Notes: generated by a model from the letters alone, not told the origin. Counted from the first letter of the stretch, positions 36,905-51,772 are shown. The stretch is 64,000 bases of DNA from Octopus sinensis (GCF_006345805.1 NC_042998.1:116002001-116066000); one strand, 5' to 3'. Translations and numbers: made by a program.

Positions 36905-39306
36905 TTCAATACATCTCATCTCTTCTAAAGCAAACTTCATATATGTATGTGTATGTAGTATTTATCTTTCTATCTGTCTGACTGTCTCTCGTTCTCTCTC
37001 TTTCTCTCTCTCTCTATACACACATATGTATAGAGGGTATGATTACAATAATAATGATGAATTAGTTGTAATAATGTTCCTGAATTTACGCGTAAATATC
37101 TATAAAGAATTTACAAGACATACCTTTAAACTCATCATCTGATGTTTAAAGATATATGGATATGAAAACAATGACTATTAAGAGCCGGCAGCAATATTGA
37201 CAAATACCTACTTTTTGATTAGCACACATCACGAATTCTAAAGAAAGTGTTAGAATCTTCATGATAATGAAACAAAGAAAGTGAGACAAAACATCATCAA
37301 ACTTTAAAATTGTAATAGAATAACTAATTCTTTATTATCATATAAAAATCTATATTGTATTTGCGTATTCGTATTGAGTAGGTATACACAGTTATGTTTC
37401 GGTGAGATTCATATACTTCTATATGTTGCATTTATTATATCTTTGATTAATTTAGTATTTATTTGTCTGGGTGATGTCTAATCTGTTTTGTATCTCTAAA
37501 AGTCACAACAATCTGTGAATGTTGTTCACCTTGAGAGTAAGCGATAAGAAATTTCCAAAAGTTATCGAGTAATACCAACAAATGATGATTTCTCATAAAG
37601 ATTATCACAAGAACACAAATATAGATTTTGTTTCTTCAGAAGAGAAGCGTCGAAAGAATCGCAATAGTAAAAATGATGTTTCAAAATTTGAGGCGAGGCT
37701 AGCAATGTTGAAAGTAGGAGGTTAGTCGATAGCATCATCCCCAGGACTTGACTGGTATCTTATTTTATCGAGCCCGAAAGGATGAAAGTAAAGTAGAACT
37801 CAGCAGGTTATGCATGCAGAACGGTAAGGAGTGACAAATTACTGATGTGAAATATTAAATATTATAATGAATATCCTCCCCAAAATTATTTATATAGACT
37901 TCGGTGAGAATTCGTTAAGTATATTTATTCAAAATACAAAGCTTCTTTTTCAGTAAACAGATAACAAACAGAAGATAATTCTTCAGATTACATGAATCCT
38001 TTACCTTGACACTTATAGCGGTTTTTGTAGTAAAATTAGTATTTTACGCAATTAATTCCGTGCTCAATGATTTCAAACAGAACTCTGATTATCCTGGCAC
38101 ACAAATATTGTTTAACATTGAACTTCATATGAATACATGATTCAAACTTCATTAGGCATGTGGAACTCTTCTATTCTCCTATGAGTCAAAGGATTCTGAC
38201 GTTAGACTACCTTTCGTCTCATTAGATTCTGATTTTCGCCTTAATCTGTATTTGAGCATTCTGGCCCATTGCTTAGATTCAGTACATATTAAAATTAAAT
38301 AAAACTTGACATTGTCAGACAGAGAATTCAATACAAATTAATTCGTTTTCATTTCGACAGATACCATTAAGAAATATGAAAACAATACAAAACAAACTGG
38401 AACTACGATATAGTTGGGTTTGATATCTTGTACGAAGCGTAAAGTAAACGCACGTTCCGCTTTTCGAATTCCCTGAGTTTTGTCAGGAAAAAATGAATTT
38501 CTCCTCTGCCCGGATATGTTGCCAAAATACTTGCAACAAATTCCGCTATTTCACCCTAATTCCAGGAATTATTTGTCAGTGAGACAACGTAAGTGATCAA
38601 AAAGCCTAACAGTTTAGTACATATTGAAAAATACCTTGTTTCCTAAATCAACGTAAGGAATCAAAGTATCACAGAACAATGATTAATTTGGTGCACATCA
38701 AATGACCGGCAGGAATTTCTGTGAAAATGTGGATTAAATAATCCATTAATAATAAAAGTTTGGGGATAATTTCAAATGTTCGGTTTAAAATTTTAACACT
38801 CATATATTATGATCACGCTGTAAAAACAAAACAACAATAGAGATTGGCCGGATTAACCCCTCTTTCCCCCCTTTCCAACAAAACCCATGGGGAAACGATT
38901 TTTTTTTATTTATCACACAGACATAAAATTTTATATACATTACAAAGTTATACCTTATAATAAAACATATGAACACATCGCTGTATAGTATTTTATAGAA
39001 TAATTAATTTGCATCACTATCGCACTCACATATATAAATTAGGCAGACCGTTTGGACTCCGCCAGGGTTTGTTCACTATAAAGAGTAATAAACGAACTAA
39101 TGCTAACTCTGTGAACCGAGGTTGGATAATCCTTCTCTGAGGATGTTCTAACAAGATATGAAATTGGTTACATCGATTAGGTTTTTCCTCCGCCCACGGA
39201 GAAATAACACTGAAGATGCATCTACTTGTTTTACTTTCTACAGCAAGCAAACGAAACTATATTTTAAAAGAGAACTGAAATAAATAAATAATCACACACA
39301 CATATA

Positions 39307-39352
<46 letters not shown>

Positions 39353-40057
39353 AGTACATATAATATGTGTGTATGTATACATATAGATATATGTGTGTGT
39401 GTGCATGTGTACATATATGTATACATACACACACAAAGACCTTTATATGCTCAAACACACTTTGAAACATGGTAGTTTGACGTTATCAACTAGAATAAAG
39501 TCCTCACGAGGAGAAAAAAAAACATAAAAAAAGAGAATATTGAATATTTCGACTGTGTGTAACTGATAGCCAAGAATAAAAGTAGTATAGCAGGAAAGGA
39601 CGGAAAGATGGAGTAGAAAGAGGGAGAGAAACTGATGTGAGGAAAGAGACAGAAACTAGAGGAACGGCGAAAAACTAGGAAAAGAAAGTAAAAAATAAGC
39701 AAAGAAATATAAAAAGATTTTGTATACCGATAAATTGCGTTACATAAACCGGACTTAAGTAAGTGGTAACTTATATAACATTAACATCTGCTTTATCTTG
39801 ACAGATTTTGATCACAATACGATATTTCGTTAGTGAAGAGTATACACAAATATTTTGACATTGGATATATTTTCAGGTATAAAAAGGTTCTTTCGTGTTT
39901 TGTTGTTCTGTTACGAAACATTTATCGATTTATATATTGGTGAAAAGAAATCAACTTTAATCATTCGGGAAAGACGGAAGACCAAAGAAATCTTTTATAC
40001 CAATTTTACTATAGATTTGACGGAATAGTACATCTTGGATATAAATAATGCTGTCAA

Positions 40058-40107
<50 letters not shown>

Positions 40108-40127
40108 CGTGTCTGAGTGTGTGTATG

Positions 40128-40158
<31 letters not shown>

Positions 40159-41126
40159 ATATATATATATATACAAAGATACACACGCATACACTCACTA
40201 TTATATTGACGCCGTTATATCCATCCGAGATTAAGTATTCCGTCAAATCCATGTATATGTTTCTATGTGCATATGTGTAGTGTGTGTGTGTGTGCTTGAA
40301 ATGTGTGCGGTTGAAAGTATTTTTGTAATATGTACATTAGAACAGTTGGCAAGAGAAAAAGTCGTTGGCGAGGGAATGTGGAGAAGGAGACAGCATTGCA
40401 GGGTAAAAAAGCTGTTGCCAGCCTAGTATCAATTCTTTATTGAACAGAGTTCACTTTACTTTTAATGTGATACTTTGTTATATATTTGAACTATTCTCCT
40501 TCAATGGGAAAAGTCTATGAATGGTGGTAATGGTGAACAATTAGCGATGAATATAAGCAAACCGTATTAATCTGAGAATGATTTCTTGGTCTTAATTTTT
40601 TTCATTTCTTTGCAGTGTATTTTTTATATTTTATTATATATTTATTTACTTATTTATTACAAAAATCAATATGTTACTAAAATACAATACCGATAATAAT
40701 GCTATGAAAAGCAAACACAAGTCGAATGAGTTTCTATCGTTTACAAAATATAAAAATAATGATATAGATTTCATAACATATTCCTAGATACGACCTGGCA
40801 ACCACTAGAAAGTAAAAACGAAGGAAAATAGCAATGGAGATGTCTGCGTTGGCTTTCATCATAGACATCATCTGTAAATGCTGGCATAGATTTACATAAC
40901 TGATAATGCATTAGAATACATTAGTATGTATAATTAGTAATTCAAATAGTTTCAAAATTCTAGCCGTTAATACAGACAACTGCTTTAGATTTCTAATAAA
41001 TGTCTTATTTTTAGAAATGCTAAATCTATGTACATAAGTAAATGTATTTCGAAATAGTCATATAAACCTATTCATTTACACGTAATCAGAGAATACTAGA
41101 AAGATTATGAAGTGCACATACATACA

Positions 41127-41172
<46 letters not shown>

Positions 41173-41175
<3 letters not shown>

Positions 41176-42001
41176 TCATAAAATACAGTGTACATTTAAA
41201 CGCATATGGAATCCACCCGTGGGATTCAACACGCGAGAAAGAACAGCTAGGATCTATAACCACAAAATTAGCATAAAATCCCGACAGGAACGAAATGAAA
41301 AAAATAAAAACTTTTACCATCTAGTTTCCTGGACCAATTGGTTTCAGATTTTAGTTTAGCAAATAGATTAAGAAACCAATTGGTCCAGGAAACTAGATGG
41401 TAAAAGTTTTAATTCTTTCATTTCGTTCCTGTCGGGATTTTATCCCTAATTTTGTGGTTATACAACCTAGCTGTTCTTTCTCGCGTGTTGAAACCCACGA
41501 TTGGATTCCTTATGTGTTTAAATGTACACTGTATTTTATGAGTAATACGCTAGGCCACTGGAAATGAAAATTTCTATTAATTTCCATTTCCCTTTGATAT
41601 GATTAAGTATTGCAAGATTTTGAATCATTTTCGGATTTTTAAAAGTTGGCATTTTTTAATGCCGAGGAGAGGCTGCGTCTGCGCAGTAGATTTTGAAAAA
41701 ATTAGGATGTATAAACAACAGGCACATAGTTGATTGCCACATGTTTTATATATATTAATCTAAGGTGTACCTGTTGACGTAGATTTCCCCTAGCGAATAT
41801 TATTTATTTGCTAAACTAAAATCTGAAACTAATTGGTCCAGAAAACTAGATGGTAAAAGTTTTTATTTTTTCATTTCCTGCCTGTCAGAATTTTATCCCT
41901 AATTTTGTGGTTATAGAACCTAGCTGTTATTTCTAGCGTGTTGAATCCCACGAGTGGATTCCTTATGTGTTTAAATGTACACTGTAATTTATGAGTAATA
42001 C
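41173..42001. mobile_element. Penelope pseudo-LTR-like array: inverted copy (41173-41365) plus two direct copies (41372-41548, 41805-42001) with hammerhead-like motif
   Basis: ~173-bp arms form a hairpin with a 26-nt loop, and a third copy follows. All copies carry GAAAC(C/T)AATTGGTC. Abuts (TA)n. Confidence 0.75.
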
Positions 42002-42315
42002 GTAGTATTTTATGAGTAATACATAAGTAAATACATTACACACACACACACATTTTGACGATGATGATAATGATGGAATCTCTCCTCGAAGACGACGTAT
42101 GAGCGTTCAGTTTTTGAGGAACGACCTGCACAAATAATTTGCTTTTAGTGATCAAATATTCGTGCTGCGCATTAGCTCACTATCTCCATCAAATCGCGTC
42201 AGATGTCGAAGTGATCACAGAGCAATGTAAGATAACGAAGTTACCAGGATATAAATAAACCCATATCTGCCGAATGGTGGTAAGGATATAAACACAGACA
42301 TAAAGACGCCAACTG

Positions 42316-42395
<80 letters not shown>

Positions 42396-42683
42396 CAGTT
42401 TTGGAGGATTACTAGATATGTGGATATTCTATTTCAGATAATACAAAATATAAATATAAAACCTAATGGGTTTATCTGAAAGTAAACTCATGGTATCCAT
42501 TTGCATATCACGAAATAATACTTAAAGGACATAACCATTATACCAGCAGGGTATATACTATAGTACCTTAATTATCTCCTACTTTAGTTAAAACTTAAAT
42601 TAATTAATTATGAAGGAACTACGCGTGTTTCACTATTGGAATATTGCACTATATATATACATATGCACAATTGTATATATATA

Positions 42684-43578
42684 CTAGCATTAAAGACACG
42701 TCGTTGCCGGGTCATAGTGCTAGTGCATGTATATATGTGTATATATATATGTGTACATATTACATGTACATCTATATATATATATATATATATATATACA
42801 TCTACACATAAAATGCAAAATACAAATCTATATCTTGATATCGCTAGTGATAACAATACTCAAAATATATAACAGACTGTGATTGTTAGCTCTTCTTTTT
42901 TCTCTACATTGTATACTTTATAGACAATAGTATTTTCTTTAATTTAATTTTTTATTATACATCTGGACTATTCCATTTGTGCACGCTAATCTTGTTTTTA
43001 ATTTATTCCCATTCCTGTGAAACCACTTATCCAAGTTCAAATCATTGATTCAATTTTATACCAATGGCTATTTTTACTTTTTTTATGTTACGGTTATATT
43101 ATACTTTAGTTTGATTTAATTTTTACTTACAACATATAATTCAATTGTTGTTATTATTTTTATTGTTAAAGTGAAAGCATCTGACATAAAATAGAGAAAT
43201 ATTTTTGTTTCACTTTTAACACGTAATACTGAAATAGTGGAGAAGATATGATATTGCTAAGGGCTCGTTCTAGGCAAGAAGTTGAACATTGTTTCCCATG
43301 AAACTACATGGACCCTAAGTAAGGCATGTGTAAAATTTGAATGAAATTGGTTTTGTAGTTCTCAGGTTTTAGGGAATCGTAGTGGAGAAGATATGATATT
43401 GCTGTGGGCTCGCCCTAAGCAAAAAAGTTTAAAATATTTTGCCGATGACACTCCCCGGACCCTAAGTAAGGCATGTGTAAAATTTGAATGAAATTGGTTG
43501 TGTAGTTCTCAAGTTTTAGGGAAACACACAGACAGACAAAGAGACAGACACACATTCTCAGTTTTATATATATAAAGA
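42684..43578 (-). mobile_element. Non-autonomous Helitron with internal ~145-bp tandem duplication
   Basis: Minus strand starts A|TCTTTATATATATAAAACTGAGAATG and ends ...GACCCGGCAACGACGTGTC...GCTAG|T (5' TC, 3' GC-rich hairpin remnant plus CTAG, A^T target). Repeat units at ~43236-43380 and 43381-43522. Confidence 0.78.
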
Positions 43579-43691
43579 TATACACATATATAAATACATA
43601 TATGTAATCATAAAATTTACAATTATTCCAACACATATTTAGGTTCTTTTCAAAATATTATAAATCTAATTTTACATCCCTTTAAAAAATA

Positions 43692-45190
43692 CGGCGTATG
43701 CAGACGACATCACCATTATCGTGTCCGATGTGGATCACCTAGAGAGGATAGGCGAGGTCATTAAGGAGTACGAGGCGGTGGCAGGAGCAAAACTTAACCG
43801 AGATAAGTCCGTCAGCTTCCAGCTCATCACCTGGGGAGGCAAGTCGATAGGTCCTAACAACGTCGTCGGGCGTTGGGCGGATGGGTTGATTAAATTGCTT
43901 GGATTCTGGTTTAGTCCGGATCTCCAGAGAGAGAAGAATTGGAGCGAGGTGGCGAGTAGGGTGGCCAACCTAATTCAGACCTTGACTGAGCGGTAGCTAT
44001 CATTGAAAGGGAGTGCTGAGGTAGCAAATGTGTTTATCGCATCTGTGATTATCTGCAGCCTGACCTTCGTGCCTTGTCCGGATTCGTGGCTAAGCGAGAT
44101 GGAACGATTGCTCTTCCACTTTTTGTGGAGGGGCAGGGGTCCACTTGTAAGGCGCTCTATCTACTGCCAACAGCCGCTAAAGCGTGGGTTAGCGATGCCA
44201 TGTCTAATGATGCGTAGGCATGCGCTGAGGCATCTCTGGCTCTACCTGGATGGTGAACGGTTGTGGTCTCCGTTCGTTAAACTGATCCTTCTTCGGTTCA
44301 CTTAGTTTCGATGAATTGGAACCGTGGATTAAGCGTAGACCAAAGCTGGACGCGTGGTAGGTCGAATTTCAGCAGGCACTAGCGCTTATCTACCAGACGG
44401 GTAATGCCAGTGGCGAGCGTTCCACCTCACCATGCTATAGAGGGCTGGTAGAGGCAAAGTGTGACGATGTTCCGGGGGAAATCCTGGGTTTCGACGAAGG
44501 TCATCTTGTTTGTTTATTCCGAAAGACATTCGGGCCGGGGCCTTTGGACAACTTCCAAATGTCTCTGACTTGGCAGTGTTACTGAGGAGCCTGACCAGTT
44601 CGAGATAAACTCGCTAGGCATGCCTATTCATGTCGGCCCACTTGCCCAAGATGTGAGCAGAGCAGTGAAACTCTTCTGCACGCTATTGTGCAGTGTATGG
44701 AAGTTTCGGAAATGTGGGTATATGTCGAACTGTTGTTGTCACGTCTGGAAAGAGTACAGCTGTCTTCCTAGTCAATTATATAAATTATTCCACCATCCTC
44801 CTTCAATAAGGAAGGCAAGATGTGTTTTCTCACTGTGGTAGCGTGTGCGAAAGAGGTTGTTTGGAGGACGAGAATAAGAGGTGTGGCTATGGGTGCCTTC
44901 ATCTCCAGCCCTGGTGTGCCCAAGGTGTTTGTTTTCTATCTTAAAAGGAAACTAGGGTTGGAGGGGAGACGCTTGTCACCCGTTATATGTGGCAAAAAAA
45001 GGAAGGAAGTAACGCGAATATTGAAAAGCCGCGTGAGTGAAAAACATAAAGGAAACTGAAAGGTTTAGTGATGGATCCGGACTTGTGGGATCGAACCCGT
45101 CTCCCATTCCATTGTGCCGTTTCTTTTGTGTTGTACGTTCATTCGTGTATATAATTTGAAAATTTTTAACTGCGCATTTTAATGTTTTAT
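43692..45190 (+). mobile_element. Tx1/L1-clade LINE ORF2 3' part, 5'-truncated
   Basis: AYADDITIIV...YEAVAGAKLNRDKS...LLGFWF...LSLKG...FLWRG...RGLAMP; C-terminal CPRCEQSSETLLHAIVQC zinc knuckle; stops present. Confidence 0.88.
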
Positions 45191-45244
45191 CATTTGATCC
45201 CCCACTTCCTCACATTTTGTATCGTCTTCTCTGTACTAAGCTTC

Positions 45245-46448
45245 CATGACAGTAATAAAACGAATTCGTAATTTGGATGCATCAGGTATGACCCGATTGT
45301 CAGCTTTACAGGTAAAATAAGCTTGCCCTGGTTGTTGCGAAAGCTTACAATGTCCATGTCAATACGATCTATCGCCGGCAACAGTGAAACAACAACACCA
45401 ACAGCATCACAGACCGTGCCCGCAGAGGGCACCCCATGGTGACCACACCCAGGCAGGATCACTTCATCCATTTCACTAATCGCTTCAGACGGGCCAGCGT
45501 GACAGCTCACGAGACCATTGGTACTGGACAGCGAACCATCAACGACGACACGATACGACGTCGACTGGCCGCCAACACTCTGCGTTGTCGTCGTCCTGCT
45601 TGATGATCTATCCTCACCACCCACTACCGTCCGGCACGAGTACAGCCGGCATCAACAATGGAGCTTGATATTTTTCTCTTAAAAGAGCCGGCACTGCGTT
45701 TCCAGCTCGGATGGCAGATTGAGAGTATTCCGTGGGAGAAGTGAACGTTACAGAAACGCATGTGTCATGGAGAGAGACGCGTAAAATGACCAATGCATCA
45801 TAAATTTGGGGGTGCATTAATCAGAGAAATGGGCCCCATGTGTTCCAAAATGTTGTTGCAACCAGAGGGAATGGCATCAGAGCGGAATGAAACATTGACC
45901 ACACACTAAGACCGCACATCGAGCCTTTCTTCGGGCATCACCATAGCCACGCGTTCCAGCAGGACAATGCTCGCTCCCACACGGCAAGTTTCACTATGCA
46001 ATATGGACTTCCAGCGTCAGCATAGCATCATAACCATGCCGTAGCTGGCTTTCAGCTCGGATTTGAACTCAAATGAATACCTATGGGATGAAATCCAGAG
46101 ACAGCTGAACCAGGAGGTCCCAAGGCCGACAACTCGTATGGAACTGGAGGCAACTTTTCTCAGGCTGTTGGCATAGGTGCCAATGGTTTTTGTGAACTGC
46201 CTCCATGCAGCGAAGGTCTATGACCGTTTTGAACACTCAGGGAGGGCCTACAGGATAATGAACATGTCATGCCCTACAGTCTCGATGTTCAGCATCAGCC
46301 CACTACCAGACCATATGACAATAACCCATAGATTGTGTTCAAAGTTCGTCGAATTAACTGACTTTATCAGTTTATCAAAATTTATCTCTGACATAATATT
46401 AAAACATTTCACAGTCACACACGACTCGCGTTTCTTTTACTGTCCATT
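45245..46448 (+). mobile_element. Tc1-like (DD34E) transposon, degenerate
   Basis: VTTPRQDHFI...TIRRRL...RRPA; DGRLRVFRGRSERY; FQQDNARSHT; SSDLNSNEYLWDEIQRQL. Imperfect TIRs GACAGTAATAAAACG / CGTTTCTTTTACTGTC. Confidence 0.85.
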
Positions 46449-46454
46449 ATATAT

Positions 46455-46660
46455 ATGTGTGTGTGTGTTTGTCACCCTCACCGTCGCTTAACAACCGATG
46501 TTGGTGTGTTTACGTCCCCGTAAGTTAGCGGTTCGGCAAAAGACGCCGATAGAATAAGTACTAGGCTTACAAAGAATAAGTCCTTGGGTTGATTTGGTCG
46601 ACTAAAGGTGATGCTCCAGCATGGCCTCACTCAAATGACTGAAATAATTAAAGAATGGAA
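46455..46660 (+). mobile_element. SINE family A, 3' half
   Basis: TTTACGTCCCCGTAAGTTAGCGGTTCGGCAAAA...GATAGAATAAGTACTAGGCTTACAAAGAATAAGTCC, as in the 63.6-kb copy. Confidence 0.82.
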
Positions 46661-48461
46661 GAATATATATGCATATACATTCTTCAATTGCTTTTCGCGT
46701 TTGATCCAAATGGTTGTGAAGGAAGATGAAATTTATAGCCACAATGTAGATTTCCAATTGTGGCGTTTTCGGATTCTTAATTGGATTCACTAGGATTCAA
46801 ACCAGAATTCTTTCTGTAAACTTGATTTTATTAAATTTTATTAAATTCATAGCTGTAATTCAAGAGAAGCATCAGTCGCACGTTTAATACAGTCTTGAAG
46901 TGGAGAGACCTCACGTTCCCACTCTCAACATTTCTCCCTTTATTCCAGATGCTTGTATTCGCAACTAAATGTGCTTGGACGTAAGTGTAAGTCACCGTAT
47001 ATTATGCGTGCATGCATGCGATGGATGCATACCAAAATTAATATAACAAAAGAGAATAAGCCTTAAACAAATTTGGTACTTTCATTCCCTCTGTATAGAA
47101 ACAACTTTAGAATTATAGTAACAAACAGAGGTTTTTATGACAGCAGCTGACTTTCTTTTATTTGTTATTTTAAAAAAAATCCATGACAACTTTCGAGTAA
47201 TTTTGAGTCTTTTCTCAGTCTTGAGAGTGAAGAATAAACACTGGTCAAATTCAATAAATCGAACGATGTAAATAACACCAAGAGTAGCTTCTTGGACACT
47301 TTAGACTTAATTTTCTAAAAATCTACCTTAGTTTCATTTTCACAAACACACACACATACATACACATAAATACAAACACAAACACAGACATATATGCATG
47401 AATACCAACACACACATACACGCGCACGTGCACACACATACACACACGTACATCTATGACAATTTACTAAACATACTTCTTACATTTGGAAAGAAAAAAA
47501 CATGCACTAAGTATAGTTCTGATGCTTTTAAACATTTCATTAGAATGGTGAGTTTGAAATGTTAGATGAACTTTGAAATTGAACGCATAGCGATATAGGG
47601 AAAATAAAGTTAAACATCAGTCTTTATGTATGTGCGCTTATGTAAGTGAAATTGCTCACACACATACACACATATTGTGTCCACACACATGAGACACACA
47701 GACATATTGTGTGGTAAAGAAAGAGAGAAAATGAAAGAGAAAAGAGAATAATGATTTTTTTACTAACGATACCAAACATTGAATTAATATATATGTAAAG
47801 TATGAGCATATATTCTGTGTCTTTCAACGGTTGATTTTTATTGTAGGCAAAGAGCCAAGAATTTTGGAAGCAAAGAGTAGTCAATTAGATCGAAGCAGTA
47901 CTTATTTTATTGACCAAACATATTTATTATATTGGCCGAGCAAAGGATAAAAGACGAAGTCTACAACGGTAGGTTTTGAACTTTAGAAATATGAAAGATA
48001 TAAGTAAATAACAAAACAATTTAACCACAGATCTATTATTCTTCCAATCAATTGGCTTTTACTAATAATTGAAAAACAATATTTAATGCACGTGTGACCC
48101 TGCCATGCTAGATTTCGTAGATTACCGATAAAAATATTACGTTTTGTTTAAATACAATATATTTATGTTCTCTGTTCATAAGTATTTGTCCTCAATTTCA
48201 TTTCATTGCTTTGGGGAATGTGCCTTTGTGTGTGTAGCGAGCGGTTAATGAAGACCCAGAAGTAATAAACTGACAATCAATGAACATAATGATATATCAC
48301 CCCCAGTATAAAGAAAATTTGGGTGAGTACTAATGTTAGAATTCAATACGAATTTTTTACATTAATCACATTTTTGAAATCTCAAAATTAAATGACTGCA
48401 AAGGAGAGATATGTGGTTAAATTCAGGTCAATGGGTTACTTGATAATGCTCGCTTTCAGTC

Positions 48462-48483
48462 CATACATACATACATACATACA

Positions 48484-48517
<34 letters not shown>

Positions 48518-48592
48518 CATACATACATACATACATACATACATACATACATACATACATACGTACATACATACATAAATACATACATACAT
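48462..48592. repeat. (CATA)n microsatellite
   Basis: Direct inspection. Confidence 0.97.
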
Positions 48593-51391
48593 GTATAGTT
48601 ATATGCATGCATTAAAGGCATACATGTGAATATACATGTGATTTCGAGTGTGTGTATTTGCTTGTGAATGTTTGTAGATGTGTAAAGCTGATAATCGATT
48701 TCGCTTAATTCATTTCTTTTGTATATTTTTTAAACCATATATTATTTGTGGTAGGTTGATGAATTATTTTATATTCATTTGTAATGGAGAATAAACATCA
48801 TTTATCTAACTTTAAAATTTCTACACGAGAGAAAAGAGAAAGAAAGAAAGGAGCAGCCCATAAGAAATAAATGAATTGTACGGGAATTTATATACATGAG
48901 TGTAAATTTTATTTTGATAGGAAGTTTTAAAAAATTAATATAAATTAGGAAACAATACCATATAAATTGGAATATAAGACGATTCATTTTGCTCTGAAGT
49001 GGACGATGATATCATTTTCGAAATTAAATTAGTCAGACTTGGAAATAAAAGAACAAATAAATCGTTGTCGATAAATTAATGAGTATCTACAGAACAATGA
49101 TGTTTTTGAAAATGACTATAAAGGGATATTAGCCTTAGTTTACGATGTCTTTATTAACTCGATGATATATTTTTCATTTGTTGGCGATTCTTGGTAATAG
49201 TTTTGAACATATATATGTGTAGCCATTCCTATGAACATTAAGTCTGTGACTGATTGGATTAAAAGAATATGACGTCAAATTGTAATTAGCGAATACATAA
49301 TGGAGATTTAAAGTGCGTTACTGATTTAATATGAGTTTATTCTTCTCGGTATATGACGAGACTGTATAATCATTAATTTCTTAGTCTACAAGTGAGCTTT
49401 TATTAAATTCTCCACCTCAGAAATATTCTATTCACTTCTTCGACGACACATGACCCTGCATCCTGTAGTCTCATTGTTGGTTACTATTGCAACATTATTA
49501 AGTTGCATCTTTTTGTTGCCGTTCATGGTTTTCATCTTGCGTTCAAATGTCTCCTAGCAATCAACCTTAAATCTCTAACGTTTACAATATACTAAGTTTC
49601 CTAGACTTATAATAAAGGTTGCTATTTATTAAAACAATATAATGTATCTTGTAAATTTGAAAAGAACACGTTCATGTATTCATAAAGTTGATGTAGAAAA
49701 GTAACTTTGAGTTTTATTCAAATAAAACGAAGATATCTTCCCCCAAAATTCGTAGCATTACATTAAATATATTTTATTATTATCCGTATTTGTATTTCTT
49801 TATTTATCTGAATTATGAATTGCTATTGAATGGAGCACTTTCCTTATATGCCAAAATATTACAGTGAGACATAAAGCACCTTAGTTGTTTCTTTTACTCT
49901 GTGACATGGCTTAAAACAATTTTAAAACAACAGATTAAATGGCTAAAGCAGCTATTAGCTGAAGCAAATGTTATTTATGCCTTGTAGTTTCTGCGTAGTC
50001 CAACTGGAGTCGATAAAAGCAGTTTACCTAAAAGATATAACCGATTCACTGAAGAATCTAAAACAGATACTGTGAGTCAGATTTATTTTTTGCAAATCAA
50101 TAAATACGTTGGAATATCAATCGAAATATTAAAAGTTTGTATCGTATCGCTTTTGCTGGATTGTGGGTCCTTAACCACTTAATACTGGAGTACTTATTTG
50201 ACCTAGATGTAAGTAGATAATCTGGATATATAAGTATCTCTTTGCAGAAATAAGAGAGTAGATTTAGAAACTGCTTTACAGTGCAGAGGCCAATTCCTGT
50301 TCATGCTATAGCGGAAAAGCCAGAATCCGAACAGAGAGGTGAAATACTGCGTTGGTAACAATAAATCCAAAGGAGCGTGCATAGAATTCCGATATCTGTG
50401 AATGCTGTGAGCAGTAAATTTTACCGTCTTTTAACGACGGAGTATAGAGAAGGAATGAAGTATTCCGTGCCTGGCTCTAGGCATAGTGTACATTCAGCAA
50501 GTAACTAAAATCTTAGCATTTAACTCCCAAAGCTTATTCTGTTTCTATTGTGAGGGTATCAAGCATACACACACACACATACACAATCGCACACATACAC
50601 GCATGTATATATATGCGCGCGTGTGTTTTTACATAAATATTCGTATGCATGTACATATACAAATATATATATACACACACAAACGCACATTATATGTATG
50701 TGTATGTATGTATGTATGTATGCAGGAGGGCCCCCATATATCATGCCCGTAATTTCTAAATAAAACAAGAGAAATATTCATATCAACCATAAATCCATTC
50801 GTCCTTAAAAGCGCATACATAATGTGGACATATTAATCATGTTGATACATTAGGATAGAAAGAGAGAATAAGATAGAGAGAATGAGAGAGAGGGGGAGAA
50901 AGAGAAAGAGACAGACAGAATATTTTTGTTGAATATTTGATAGTAATTAAATACACATCAAAGTCACAAGTGAAAGGCAAGAAGAGATGAAAGGTCTGAC
51001 GAAAAATTACAGAAAAATTACTGTATATGGATGGTAGAACTATTTTCATTCGTCTATATATTCAATTCCATTTTGTCAATATTTTAAAAATAGACGAAAT
51101 CTAAATTCACGCCCAGACTGTTTACTTTCAAGAAGCTGGCACCAACAAGTCACCGAGCAGACACAACCATGATGCATTTAAATATATGCTAATACCGAAA
51201 AACAGAACATCTATTGCTTGCGAACTAAACATAGAAAAATGATATGTCAGTTGTTCGAAATTCGTTACAGATTAAAATAGTAAAAGCTTCAGATGCAGCG
51301 GAGAATAAAGTTATAACGCAAAAATACAAAGATATAGCAGAAAAACCTCCAAACCGATCGTTGAAAAATTAAAGATTATATATATATATAT

Positions 51392-51772
51392 CGTGGCACT
51401 CCGTTGGTGATGACGAAGAGGGTTCCAGTTGATCCGATCAACAGAACACCTTGCTTGTGAAATTAACGTGCAAGTGGCTGAGCACTCCAAAGACACGTGC
51501 ACCCTTAATGTGGTTCTCGGGGAGATTCAGCGTGACACAGAGGGTAACAAGGCTGGCTCTTTGAATTACAGGTACAGCATAAACACTAAGGAAGAGAGAG
51601 AAAGCTGTGGCGAAAGAGTACGGGAGCGTTTGACACTGCCCACCCCCTGCCGGAGCCTCGTGGAGCTTTAGCCTCATGGAGCAATAAATACTCACAACGA
51701 CCGGTCTCGGAATCGAAACCGCGATCCTACGACCGCGAGTCCAGTGTCCTAACCACTGAGCCATTGCGCTCA
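51392..51772 (-). mobile_element. Chimeric tRNA-derived SINE
   Basis: 51590-51772 matches the 30.6-30.8-kb head and body, while 51392-51580 matches the 26.3-26.4-kb body. Confidence 0.75.
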
